Origin: Bryobacterales bacterium
GTDB lineage: Bacteria > Acidobacteriota > Terriglobia > Bryobacterales > UBA6623
Direction: 5' to 3'
NCBI GenBank assembly: GCA_965226245.1
Contig: CBDDCL010000009.1
Location: forward strand, 9,624-73,623
DNA length: 64,000 nucleotides
The notes under the pieces were generated by a model. The model did no database searches. It worked only from the letters and a program-made list of their open reading frames with translations, and was not told where the DNA came from. The position numbers were made by a program, and so were the translations under genes. Positions 30,987-40,960 of the stretch are shown one piece after another; positions within the stretch are counted from its first letter, which is position 1; each line of letters opens with the position of its first letter.

Positions 30987-31928
30987 ATGATCGCGCACTT
31001 GCGGGGAAGAGATCGCAAGCTGGAAACTCTCGGCTGGACCGGCCAGGACGCGGAATGGATCGCGCTGGTTTGCCTTCACAGTGGCGTCTTCACGCGGGCG
31101 CAGTTCTGTCACTACTTCGATGCAGATCGCAAGCGGGCGCTTCGCTTTGTCAAGACCTTGACCGAGCGGCGGCAGGCTGTTGAAACGGATGTGATTGCCT
31201 TTAACGGGGGAGGCAAGACATGCCGTATTTCGAGCCACACGATCTACCGGGCGCTAGGAGTTGAGAACATCCGTCACCGGCGAAAGGCCAGCAAGCCGGT
31301 CGTCATACGGCGGCTTTTGTCGCTGGATTTTGTGCTGGAACATCCGGGTATGAACTGGCTCCCCGCCGAGGCGGAGAAGGTCGAGTATTTTGAAAAGCTC
31401 GGCTTGTCGAAAAGGCTCATTCCGCGCCGCATTTACTACGGTACGGTCGGCAACCAGAAGCGCTACTTTGCCCTCAAACTGCCCCTTGCCGTGGACCCTG
31501 AAATCGTCACTTTTGTCTACATCGATCCGGGTCACCAGACGGCTCGGGAGTTGTACTCGTGGGGAGCCGCACATGGGCCGCTTTGGGAGGCGCTTCGCAA
31601 GAAGGGACGGCAGGTTCGGGTGATCGGAATTGCGGTTGAAAATGCCACCGTGGATCGGACGGCGCGGGTGCTTGAAACATGGGCGGCGGCGGATCCAGGG
31701 ACAAACCATGAAGGGCTGACGGCGAAGCAGGAGATCAAGGCGATAGACGAAGCGATGACCCGCAAGGACCGCGAATTTCTAGCCCGGTACGGAGGATTCT
31801 CCAAAGCTGCTAGACGGTCTGTGGAACTCCAACGCCGCCCGGAAACCAAGCTCACAGAAGGAGTCTCGATTGACGACTATTCGACATGGCGGGCCGTGCG
31901 CTTTGCGGATCGAGATGAGGTCGGCTGA
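30987..31928 (+). CDS. Hypothetical protein (N-terminal wHTH-like) between virB8 and coupling protein
   Basis: Abuts virB8 stop; V.LHSGVF.R.QF, IYRALG.ENIRHRR, RLLSLDFVL. Confidence 0.75.
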   Translation: MIAHLRGRDRKLETLGWTGQDAEWIALVCLHSGVFTRAQFCHYFDADRKRALRFVKTLTERRQAVETDVIAFNGGGKTCRISSHTIYRALGVENIRHRRKASKPVVIRRLLSLDFVLEHPGMNWLPAEAEKVEYFEKLGLSKRLIPRRIYYGTVGNQKRYFALKLPLAVDPEIVTFVYIDPGHQTARELYSWGAAHGPLWEALRKKGRQVRVIGIAVENATVDRTARVLETWAAADPGTNHEGLTAKQEIKAIDEAMTRKDREFLARYGGFSKAARRSVELQRRPETKLTEGVSIDDYSTWRAVRFADRDEVG

Positions 31929-31943
31929 AAGACAGGGGAAATC

Positions 31944-32154
31944 GGTGGTTTTTATTGCCACCAAAGGCCGCTGGTACCATGCCACGCGCTCAGAGGGGGG
32001 GGTGTGGCATGGGTTTTGGCTTTGGTGCACCACAGCCGTATTCGTCTATCTGACTCATTCCGCTGTGGTTAGCCAATTTGAAAAGGCCATCATGCGTCCC
32101 AAGGGCCGCATGATGGCTAGGACGAGAGCGACCCCCCCCCAAAAGTGGGGGGTC
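31944..32154. other. Hairpin-rich intergenic region, candidate oriT
   Basis: Inverted repeats at 31977-32012, 32029-32069, 32086-32117 and 32130-32154. Confidence 0.4.
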
Positions 32155-32265
32155 ATGCGGACACGGATAGACGGCATTTGTGGCATGCCTCTATCCGGTC
32201 CTATGACGGGTCGCTCTCGTCCTCATTTATCCCTGCGGGAAGGCTGAAAACAAGGAGACGAACCT

Positions 32266-34692
32266 ATGATGCCATGGCGCGAGATTGGCCCGTACTTGAG
32301 GGAGCTTTGGCAACGGCCCGCTGGCCCGATGAACTGGAAAAACCCGATCCGGGTTTTCGCCGTCGTGGGCTGGCTGGTCGTGCAAGGTTTCGTGCTGTTG
32401 GGGTGGGCCGGGTTTCGCGTGTTTCAAGGTTTCCTTCTGTTGGCGTGGGCCGGGTTTCGCGTCGGGCAATTCGTCGCAGGGCTTCCGCCGCTGCTACTCT
32501 TTTTCTTCGCCGCTGTGGGGTGGGCCGGATGGAGCTTTGTACACCGTCCCTTCCCGCCGCTTGACGAGCATCCGATCCTCGTTCTGGTGGAATACCACAC
32601 CCCTAATTTCTTCGATGCTCTGGTCGTCTGGTACTACGTTACGCCCTTCGCTGTCGTCATGCTGACCGGCTTTATTTCCGTCACCATCTGGAGGGTTTGG
32701 CTGGAAGGGCGGCGGAGCGATTTCGCATCCTTCGCCAAGCTCCCGCCGTGGCCGCTTGATCCCAAACAAAAGGCCCCGGCCATCGTCATCGGGGAGGTCC
32801 ATCACCCGGTCGAAGCGCGCGAGGTTTTCAATCCCTCATGGCTCACCATCCCGGAGCGCGGACTGTATACCGGCGTGGCGATCTTCGGAGCCGTGGGATC
32901 AGGGAAAACCTCGGCTTGCATGAACCCGTTTGCCCGCCAACTTCTCGGCTGGCAAGCGGGCAGTCAGCAGAAGCGGGCGGCGGCCCTCGTGCTAGAAGTC
33001 AAGGGAGATTTCTGTCACGACATCCGCCAAATTCTAGTCGAGGCGGGCCGTGGACAAGACTACATCGAGCTTGGCATGAACGCCCGCTCTCAATGGAATC
33101 CGCTCTCGGCTTGGTGGCTCGATTCGTACTCGCTGGCCTACACCGTTTCGAGCCTTCTCAATCAGCTATTCGGCAAGGGCAAAGAACCCTTTTGGCAGCA
33201 AGCCTATACCAATCTGGTCCGCTGGATCATCGAGCTTTACCGCGTGTTCCCGGATCGTTGGGTGACGTTGCAACAGGTCTACCGCTGCGCCATCGACCCG
33301 GAGCTATTCGCGGCCAAGATCGAGGAAGCCAAGAAGCTGAGCGATGACCTCAACACAGGAACCATTTTCATCAAGGAACACGTACTACAAGCCCAAAAGT
33401 TAAACCTTGCCGAATGGAACTGGGTCGATGCACCGGACATGAAGGATAACGTACAAGCCGTCTACACGCGCCCGCTCAAAGAGAAGCTAGACGAGCTCAA
33501 CATCCCGCATGAGATCGTTTGGGAACCCGGACCCGGCGAAGACACGAGAGAGCGCATGGAGGCCGTCAACCGCTGGTTTGTCCACGACTGGCAAAACCTA
33601 GACAACAAGATCAAGTCTTCGATTGTGGAGGGGGTTTCAGTGTTCCTTGCCATGTTCGATATGCCGGACGTGGCGAAGGTGTTTTGTCCCGTCGCGCCGC
33701 TTACCTCTGACGATCCTCAAGCCATCATCCTGCAAGCCGCGATCAAGCGAGCCAGGGCGGACAAGGACGCGAAGAAAGCCAAGCAGCCGGAGCCGGAAGC
33801 GGAGCCAGAGCCAGAGGCGCAACCGGAGCCGGAGGCCCAGGCGGAGCCAAAGCCAAAGGCCGCACCGTGGGAACTGGTGCAGCCCGTCATTACTGACAGC
33901 GACCAACCCACCGCCCCCGGCCCGCCGCATATCAAACCGACAGCCCCGATCACGCAGCACCTACCGCCGCTCTTTGAATTGATCGAGCAGGGCAAGGTGC
34001 TGGCCTTGAATATGCCCGCTGGTATCAACCCGGCGCTGTCCCGCGCCGTGGGCGTGATGCTCAAGAACGCTTGGCTACAGGCGCTTCTCATGCGACCGGC
34101 CAAGATGAAGGCGAACCCGGGCAGCTACTTCCGGCCCGCCGTCTTTATCTGTGACGAATATCAAGCCTTCGCTTCGGTGGGCGAGGAAGACCCATCAGGC
34201 GATGAAAAATCCTTTGCGCTGACCCGCCAATGCCGCTGCATCCCGATTGTCGCCACGCAATCTATTTCCTCGTTGCGGGCCGTGTTGGGAAGCTCGGAAG
34301 CGTGGCGCTCGCTGTTGCAGACACTCCGTACACGAATCTTCCTATCTCTCAGCGACGACGCCAGCGCCAAGATTGCGTCGGAGTTGTGCGGCCAGGTGGC
34401 GAAGATCAAGGAATCCTACACCATCAGCGAGACTTCTAAACGCTCGGAAGTCTCCCCGCTCTCAGGCCGGGCCGGAGGCGGAGGCGGGAGCATGGGCGCG
34501 ACCAAATCATTCCGGGAGCAGCGCGAGGCCGTGTTTCACCCGCGAGACTTCGCCTTGCTCTCGAACTGTCAAGCGATCTGTCTGCCCTATGACGGGGCGC
34601 AGTCGCTTGAGCCGCGCCGCGTTTACCTGAAACCACACTATCTACCAGCCGAACACTCCTATTGGAGAGCGAAGGAGGCGGGCCAAATATGA
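32266..34692 (+). CDS. virD4: Type IV coupling protein (VirD4/TraG-like)
   Basis: N-terminal TMs, GAVGSGKT, LEVKGDF, WNPL, CDEYQ, ATQS.SSL. Confidence 0.9.
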   Translation: MMPWREIGPYLRELWQRPAGPMNWKNPIRVFAVVGWLVVQGFVLLGWAGFRVFQGFLLLAWAGFRVGQFVAGLPPLLLFFFAAVGWAGWSFVHRPFPPLDEHPILVLVEYHTPNFFDALVVWYYVTPFAVVMLTGFISVTIWRVWLEGRRSDFASFAKLPPWPLDPKQKAPAIVIGEVHHPVEAREVFNPSWLTIPERGLYTGVAIFGAVGSGKTSACMNPFARQLLGWQAGSQQKRAAALVLEVKGDFCHDIRQILVEAGRGQDYIELGMNARSQWNPLSAWWLDSYSLAYTVSSLLNQLFGKGKEPFWQQAYTNLVRWIIELYRVFPDRWVTLQQVYRCAIDPELFAAKIEEAKKLSDDLNTGTIFIKEHVLQAQKLNLAEWNWVDAPDMKDNVQAVYTRPLKEKLDELNIPHEIVWEPGPGEDTRERMEAVNRWFVHDWQNLDNKIKSSIVEGVSVFLAMFDMPDVAKVFCPVAPLTSDDPQAIILQAAIKRARADKDAKKAKQPEPEAEPEPEAQPEPEAQAEPKPKAAPWELVQPVITDSDQPTAPGPPHIKPTAPITQHLPPLFELIEQGKVLALNMPAGINPALSRAVGVMLKNAWLQALLMRPAKMKANPGSYFRPAVFICDEYQAFASVGEEDPSGDEKSFALTRQCRCIPIVATQSISSLRAVLGSSEAWRSLLQTLRTRIFLSLSDDASAKIASELCGQVAKIKESYTISETSKRSEVSPLSGRAGGGGGSMGATKSFREQREAVFHPRDFALLSNCQAICLPYDGAQSLEPRRVYLKPHYLPAEHSYWRAKEAGQI

Positions 34693-35693
34693 GCACCGCG
34701 AGCGGACTGGAACATCTCAAACCGTTTCTACCGGGTTTGGAAAGCGCCCTGGAAGATTCCGAAGTGAGCGAGATTATGATTAACGGTCCCGGTAATGTAT
34801 GGGTCGAGCGGGCCGGACGGCTTGCCGTACACGCCGCGCCGGACCTGGACGAAGCGGCGCTGTTACGGGCCGCTATCCATATCGCCCGTCCTTTGGGACT
34901 GGACCCGTCAACCTCTCCCATTGTTGATGCCCGGCTCGATGACGGATCGCGGGTTGCTATCTGCGTTCCGCCCGCCAGTCCTCAAGTCGCTATCACCGTG
35001 CGGCGCTTTGGCAAGCGGGCGTTCTCGGCGGATGACCTCGTGAAGCAAGGCGCACTCCCCGAAAACGTGCGGGCCGAAGCAGAGCGGGTGTTGCGGTCCC
35101 GGCGCAACATCCTGGTTTCAGGCGGAACCGGATCGGGCAAGACCACGTTGCTCAATGCCCTCATTGAACTTCTCCCCGATGACGAGCGGATAGTTGCTAT
35201 CGAGGACACGCTGGAGCTTCGCATCGAGCGGTCCAATTGCGTCCGCTTCGAGGCTCGCGGTTTGCAGGAAGGAGCGGTCACGATCCGCGATTTAGTCCGC
35301 CACGCGCTACGTCACCGCCCGGATCACATCGTCGTGGGCGAGGTTCGCGGCGGAGAGGCGGCGGACCTGCTGCAAGCCCTCAACACCGGCCACGGCGGAT
35401 CACTGACGACCGTACACGCCAACAACGCCGAGAGCGCCCTATCCCGGATCGCCAGTTGTGCCATGCAGGGCGGCGGGTCGCTTCCATGGGAAGTCACCTG
35501 TAGAGGCGTAGTGGACGGAATCGCCATGGTGATTCACATGACGCGCCACGAGGGACGGCGATTCGTGGAGGAAGCCCTGTTCGTCCAGGGCTACGAAACT
35601 GCTGAAAACCGCTGGTTCGTTCATCCTGTTTGGCCACTGCCGAGGGATACAGACCCGCCGGGGGAGCCTTCTCAGGCCGGGCCGGGCTCGTGA
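34689..35693 (+). CDS. virB11: VirB11/TrbB secretion ATPase
   Basis: SEIMING, SGGTGSGKTT, IEDTLEL, RPD.IVVGEVRG, NTGH.GS.TTVHAN. Confidence 0.93.
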   Translation: MSTASGLEHLKPFLPGLESALEDSEVSEIMINGPGNVWVERAGRLAVHAAPDLDEAALLRAAIHIARPLGLDPSTSPIVDARLDDGSRVAICVPPASPQVAITVRRFGKRAFSADDLVKQGALPENVRAEAERVLRSRRNILVSGGTGSGKTTLLNALIELLPDDERIVAIEDTLELRIERSNCVRFEARGLQEGAVTIRDLVRHALRHRPDHIVVGEVRGGEAADLLQALNTGHGGSLTTVHANNAESALSRIASCAMQGGGSLPWEVTCRGVVDGIAMVIHMTRHEGRRFVEEALFVQGYETAENRWFVHPVWPLPRDTDPPGEPSQAGPGS

Positions 35694-35801
35694 GGCCGGT
35701 CCGCAAAACCTCGCCCTATAGGCCAAACAGTGACATTGGAATCAAGTTATAGTAACATTGTATACGACGTGATTCCAACGTTGTTTCGATATGGTAATCT
35801 C

Positions 35802-36479
35802 ATGATCCTCACTGTTGGCGGTATCAAAGGGGGCAGCGGCAAAACCACCGTCGCCACAAACCTCGCTTGCATTGCCGCAACTCAAAATGCCGACATCTTG
35901 CTCGTGGACGCCGACGACCAGGAAACCGCATCCGATTTTACTGCGGTCCGCAAGGAAGACTACCCGGACGCGCCCCGCTATACGTGCACCAAGCTCACCG
36001 GCAAGGCCGTCCGCACCGAAATCCTCGAACTGGCTCCAAAATACGACCACATCATCGTGGACACTGGCGGTCGTGACACGACCAGCCAGCGTGCTGCTTT
36101 GGCTGTTTCCCAACTTTTGCTTGTTCCCTTTGTTCCCCGCAGCTTCGATATCTGGACCCTAAACAAAGTCGCCATGCTCGTTGAAGAACTACGCTCCGTG
36201 AATCCCACGCTTGCCGCCTATGTATTTCTCAACCGGGCCGATCCGCAAAGGCAGGGACCCGAGAATACTGAAGCAGCCGACATGCTCGGCGAGATCGACG
36301 GGCTCACCTATCTCCATGCTCCACTCGGCAGCCGCAAGGCCTTCGGCCACGCCGCCGCCCAAGGCCTTGCCGTCACCGAACTCACCGGCCACAGCAACAA
36401 TCCCAAAGCCGCCGCCGAGATTATGATCTTGTTTCAACATTGTTTTACAGTTGATTCAACGTTACAAATTGCAAGGTAG
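35802..36479 (+). CDS. parA: ParA (type Ib) partition ATPase
   Basis: KGGSGKTT, VDADDQ, IVDTGG; no N-terminal HTH. Confidence 0.92.
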   Translation: MILTVGGIKGGSGKTTVATNLACIAATQNADILLVDADDQETASDFTAVRKEDYPDAPRYTCTKLTGKAVRTEILELAPKYDHIIVDTGGRDTTSQRAALAVSQLLLVPFVPRSFDIWTLNKVAMLVEELRSVNPTLAAYVFLNRADPQRQGPENTEAADMLGEIDGLTYLHAPLGSRKAFGHAAAQGLAVTELTGHSNNPKAAAEIMILFQHCFTVDSTLQIAR

Positions 36480-36485
36480 GTTCTC

Positions 36486-36767
36486 ATGGCTTTACGACGC
36501 AAACCGCAATCTGAATCCAAAAAATCGGCCGTCGCCTACGAGCGCCACGTTGAAGCCCTGATCAACAAGGGTGGCTCCGTTTCCCCTAACCACGAGGAAG
36601 GGGGGGGCATCAGGCCCCAGCTCGTCCAGCTCCGTCTGCCTCGTGCTCTTGTCCAGCGCATCGACAAGGTGCGCAAGCACCGCCTTGTCGTGCCGTCCCG
36701 TCATATGTGGCTGCTCGAAGCACTCCTTGAGAAGCTGGAAACCGAGGAACACCAGAAAGTCTCCTGA
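36486..36767 (+). CDS. Ribbon-helix-helix partition partner (ParG-like)
   Basis: VQLRLP..L..RID....SR..W..EA; follows parA. Confidence 0.75.
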   Translation: MALRRKPQSESKKSAVAYERHVEALINKGGSVSPNHEEGGGIRPQLVQLRLPRALVQRIDKVRKHRLVVPSRHMWLLEALLEKLETEEHQKVS

Positions 36768-37057
36768 TGCCTAAATCTGTTCTCGTCCAGGTCGTGCGGC
36801 TCAGCATCAGCTTCGAGACAGAAGTCCATGAGCGCGTGACCGATCTCGCAGACGCCCATGATGTTTCAACCGCCTGGACCATTCGCAAAGCTGCCAACGC
36901 CTATTTGGAGGATCACCACCACCCCGTCAAGCCCATCAGAAACGCTCGACGTTCCGTACACTCGGGAGCAAACTTCACCTGGGGGTACGATCTCTACAGT
37001 CTGCAGCTGCTCTGTGAAACGGAGACGGGAATGTCCTTTGTGCCACCCTCCGACTAG
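36767..37057 (+). CDS. CopG-like RHH protein, possibly with a rearranged C-terminus
   Basis: RLSISF.......V..LA....VS.AW.IR.A...YL. Confidence 0.6.
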   Translation: MPKSVLVQVVRLSISFETEVHERVTDLADAHDVSTAWTIRKAANAYLEDHHHPVKPIRNARRSVHSGANFTWGYDLYSLQLLCETETGMSFVPPSD

Positions 37058-37233
37058 CTACGGTGGGCCGCCCGGTAGATGAGATGTGCGCATCACACCA
37101 ATATCACCTTCTCCGCGCGGGACAAGATTCCAAATGACCGGCGAGGATTCCCAAAGGACAGTGCAATAATCGTGTGAGCAACCAATGCTGCACAGACACG
37201 GAACACAGCAACTCCGACCGTGAGAGGCAACCC

Positions 37234-39582
37234 ATGGCACCGCAGGATCTGCTCAGCAGCCGGGCCGTCTTCTTTGCTTACCCTTCTAGTCACTTGTCTG
37301 TCCGCGAGACCATCGAACACGCCTGCGGTGATCTGAAGAGCCGGACGGGCCACGCTGGAGTCCGTACCTGGGGGGAAGACGAAGTCGTGGGACGTTTCGT
37401 GGCGACGGATGTTCTCGCTCGAATTTCTGCATCGGACTGCCTAATCGCGGACGTAACGTATCTAAACTTCAACGTTACGTTTGAGATCGGCTACGCAATT
37501 GCGCAGGGCAAATCAATCGCGCTGACCAGGTTTGCTGGAGTCGGTACGCAACCAGAATTCACTGAGGCCGGCGTCTTCGACACGATCGGCTACCATGCAT
37601 ACGAAAACAGGCAGCAGCTGCTCGACTTTCTCCTGACAACCTCCGAACCACATCCTCTCTTCAGCGCGCCGCTGGAGCCGAACCGCAAAGCTCCCGTCTA
37701 TTTGATGGAGGCCAAATTCAAGACGGACCCTGTTACGCGTATGATCGCGCGCATAAAGAAGGCTCGACTCTTCTTCCGAAGCTTCGACCCTATTGAACAA
37801 CCTCGTCTCAGCACGCCCGAGGCTATTCGCCAAGTCTCGCAGTCTTATGGGGTACTCGTCCACCTCCTTTCTGCGACCGTCGCCGACCACGTTGTCCACA
37901 ATAATCGGGCAGCCTTTATCGCCGGTCTCGCTCTTGGAAGCGAAAAAGTCCTCACGATCTTGCAACATGGGGATGACCCAGTCCCGCTTGACTACCGGGA
38001 CCTCGTGACTCGGTTCCACTCGCTTGACCAGATTGACGATGCCATCGCTGAATTCGCTCCTCGCGTCACGGAAGCGTGGCAAACAGGCCGAGAGCTGCCG
38101 ACTGGCTCGCCAGCGACCTCTCTTGAGCAACTCAATCTCGGAGCCTCGTCAGCAGAAAACGAGTTGCGCGACTTGTCATGCTACTTTCTCCGAACCGACG
38201 CATATCAAAGAGCGCAGCGCGGCGACGTGAGGTTGGTGGTCGGTCGAAAGGGATCCGGCAAGACTGCGGTGTTTGCGCAAACCAGAGATAATCTCAGGCG
38301 CAACAAACAGAACATCATTCTGGACTTGAGACCAGAGGGTTACAAGTTGCTGAAATTCAAGGAGGACGTACTAAGGCTTCTGGAGCAGGGGACCTTTTAC
38401 CACACAATCACGGCGTTTTGGGAATACGTGCTCCTGTTGGAGGTCTGCCACAAGCTCCTCGAGAAGGACCGGGAACGGCACAAACGCAATTCGACCTTGT
38501 TCGAGCCGTACCGAGTGATTGCGGACCTTTACGAAGCGGACCGGTTTATCAGCGAGGGTGACTTCCCGGAACGGATGTCGAGACTGATTGATTTGATCCG
38601 GACGAGGCACACCGGCAAATACGGCTCTCATCCCAAGCCAAGATTGTCCGAACCTGAGATAACTGAACTGCTGTACGACCACGACGTCGCAACTCTTAGG
38701 GATCAGGTAACGAACTACCTAAAGCGAAAAGAGAGCGTCTGGATACTGTTTGACAATCTCGACAAGGGGTGGCCGACACATGGACTCGATCATGAGGATG
38801 TGCTCATCCTTCGAGCACTTCTGGAGGCCACCCGCAAGCTTGAACGTCACCTGCATCGCAATGAGATCGACGCCCACACATTGGTCTTCATTCGTAATGA
38901 CGTATATGAACTACTCGTAGAGGAAAGCCCGGATCGCGGGAAGGAAACGAAGGCGATCCTCGACTGGACCGATCGAGACCTACTACGCGAAATCATACGG
39001 AGGCGTCTTGTCTTCAGTGGGCTATCCGATAAGCTCTCGGCTGGTGAAGCGTGGCTGGCCATCTGCACGAGCCATATCAAAGGAGAAGAAAGCTCTGAGT
39101 ATCTAATTGATCGCTGTCTGATGCGGCCACGATGCCTGATCGACATTATCAATTACTGCAAGAGCTTCGCAGTCAATCTGCGACATCAACGTATCGAGGC
39201 CGAAGACATAGAGAAGGGGTTGAACGCTTACTCGACTGACCTTGTTTTCGAGGTTGGACTCGAGATGCGCGACATCCTGCCAGAGGCTGAAGATCTTCTG
39301 TACGAGTTCATCGAAAGCCCACACCAGATTCCTGAGGATCGTTTGGCGCAAACACTTGGACAGTACAAAGAACAGCTGCGGGGGGCACTTCTCGAGAACC
39401 TTCTTTGGTACGGTTTCTTGGGTGTCGTGCGATTAACTGGAGAGATCGACTACATATACACGGTGAACTACGACATGAACATGCTGAACGCGATTGTAGC
39501 CAAGCTGAGGGATACGGGCCTTGTCTACTGCATCAATCCCGCTTTCTGGTCAGGCCTCCAAGTTTCCATTCCTCATGACTGA
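37234..39582 (+). CDS. NDT/TIR-like domains fused to P-loop ATPase (Sll1717-like); candidate defence protein
   Basis: FFAYPS, IADVT.LNFNVTFEIGYAIA; Walker A GRKGSGKT; Walker B ILFDNLDKGW; RPR motif. Confidence 0.8.
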   Translation: MAPQDLLSSRAVFFAYPSSHLSVRETIEHACGDLKSRTGHAGVRTWGEDEVVGRFVATDVLARISASDCLIADVTYLNFNVTFEIGYAIAQGKSIALTRFAGVGTQPEFTEAGVFDTIGYHAYENRQQLLDFLLTTSEPHPLFSAPLEPNRKAPVYLMEAKFKTDPVTRMIARIKKARLFFRSFDPIEQPRLSTPEAIRQVSQSYGVLVHLLSATVADHVVHNNRAAFIAGLALGSEKVLTILQHGDDPVPLDYRDLVTRFHSLDQIDDAIAEFAPRVTEAWQTGRELPTGSPATSLEQLNLGASSAENELRDLSCYFLRTDAYQRAQRGDVRLVVGRKGSGKTAVFAQTRDNLRRNKQNIILDLRPEGYKLLKFKEDVLRLLEQGTFYHTITAFWEYVLLLEVCHKLLEKDRERHKRNSTLFEPYRVIADLYEADRFISEGDFPERMSRLIDLIRTRHTGKYGSHPKPRLSEPEITELLYDHDVATLRDQVTNYLKRKESVWILFDNLDKGWPTHGLDHEDVLILRALLEATRKLERHLHRNEIDAHTLVFIRNDVYELLVEESPDRGKETKAILDWTDRDLLREIIRRRLVFSGLSDKLSAGEAWLAICTSHIKGEESSEYLIDRCLMRPRCLIDIINYCKSFAVNLRHQRIEAEDIEKGLNAYSTDLVFEVGLEMRDILPEAEDLLYEFIESPHQIPEDRLAQTLGQYKEQLRGALLENLLWYGFLGVVRLTGEIDYIYTVNYDMNMLNAIVAKLRDTGLVYCINPAFWSGLQVSIPHD

Positions 39583-39599
39583 GTGGTGCTTCCGCAACG

Positions 39600-39790
39600 G
39601 AGTGTGACCTGTTGTCTCACGGACGTTGACACGGCCCTGGGCGGCCAGATGCGCGTCCGTGGTCAGATTGCCGCCTGTGCCAACGGCATTGAGGAGATCG
39701 AACAAGATGTCTGCATGACAGCGGTATTCGAGCCCCTTGTTTTTGTGAATTGTCATCAGTGGCACCGATTGAAGACCCGCGTACACGTCG
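39600..39790 (-). pseudogene. Fused remnants of a VapC toxin and a UvrD-like helicase C-terminus
   Basis: GTGGNLTTDAHLAA and PLMTIHK.KGLEY motifs. Confidence 0.55.
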
Positions 39791-39880
39791 AGCCAGGCCG
39801 ATCGGGCAGTCATCAAGCGGTTTCTGTTGCTCGACGATTGGCGCCGCCGCATTACCGGAGTTCGAGGCGCAGAGAAGTGC

Positions 39881-40120
39881 TTATGCTTGCAGCAAGCGCC
39901 GCAACAGCAATGCCTGCATGTCACGCCGCCCATCAGCAATCACAAGCACGTAGACATTATCTCCCATCACCCGGTAGATGATACGGTAAGGCTTGAAGAA
40001 GATCTCACGGTACTCCCGAATCCCAATGTCCAGCAATTCCTTCGGGGAGTTTCCGCGCTGGGGATGCTCGGATAGGCTGTGGAACGCCTTTTCTATCTGC
40101 TCCAGCACGTTTGGGAACAT
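39881..40120 (-). pseudogene. RelE/ParE toxin, N-terminus cut by a Tn3 element
   Basis: P.RG..PKEL...GIREYRE.FFKPYRIIYRV, DGRRDMQ.LL.RRLL. Confidence 0.75.
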
Positions 40121-40125
40121 CCCTC

Positions 40126-40740
40126 AGGGTAGCGCCCAGAATCGTGCGAATTTATACGCTAAGCCTTTCGCTTCGCACGAGACTGCGGTTGAGCTGGTAC
40201 TCGCCGTAGAGGAGGACGTTGTCTCACCCGATCGGGCTGATATGGGACAGTAACTTGAAGTTGAGATCGTCCGCATCCGAGCCCGCCTCGCTCAAAACAC
40301 GATCGATCTCCCGAATCTGCCACTAGATGATAGCTGCGAGGATGAGAAGCAGGCAGCTCGCCGCGCCGGTTTGGCGTTCGAAGTCGCGCTGATCCAGTCG
40401 GCCCAGTCGGCCGTAGTGGACGCACCGGGCGAGGGCGTGTAGCTGTTCTCCCTTGAGGAGCTCGCGTCGGATCCGCGTGCGAAGCGTCGGCTGGCTCAGG
40501 TAGTCGAGGATGAACTCGGTCTTGAAGACGCGGCCGAGCTCGCGCGTCGCTCGGTAGAAGCGATTCTTCGGCCCATGGCCTACCAGACGCTTGAGTGCGA
40601 CAGACGCGGTGGTCTGGCCGCTCGCGAACGCCGCGAACGCCGCGAAGAACTGTCCGATCCTGTCCCAGTGCTCTGTGATCCAATCGAGGTGACTCGAAAC
40701 CTCTTAGCGTATAAATTCGCACGATTCTGGGCGCTACCCT
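40126..40740 (-). mobile_element. 615-bp Tn3-family deletion derivative with tnpA C-terminal remnant
   Basis: Perfect 38-bp TIRs AGGGTAGCGCCCAGAATCGTGCGAATTTATACGCTAAG; RELGRVFKT.FILDY...KGE.LHALAR inside; no TSD. Confidence 0.9.
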
Positions 40741-40960
40741 TGATCCTCTTGCCCTCGAAGCCCGCGATTGCACCCACGACCGGCCCACAGCGTCTCGTGG
40801 AGTAGCCCCAGGATCGCCCAGGAGCGACCGAAGGCGAGCCGGGCACCCTCACTAGTCGGACCAACCGTGCAACGCCTCTGAGGGCCGCAGGGGCAGCGCG
40901 GGTGTATACTTTCACCGTGCCAGGGCCAAAATGGAAATCCTGGGTGAAGGAGGTGATTCG

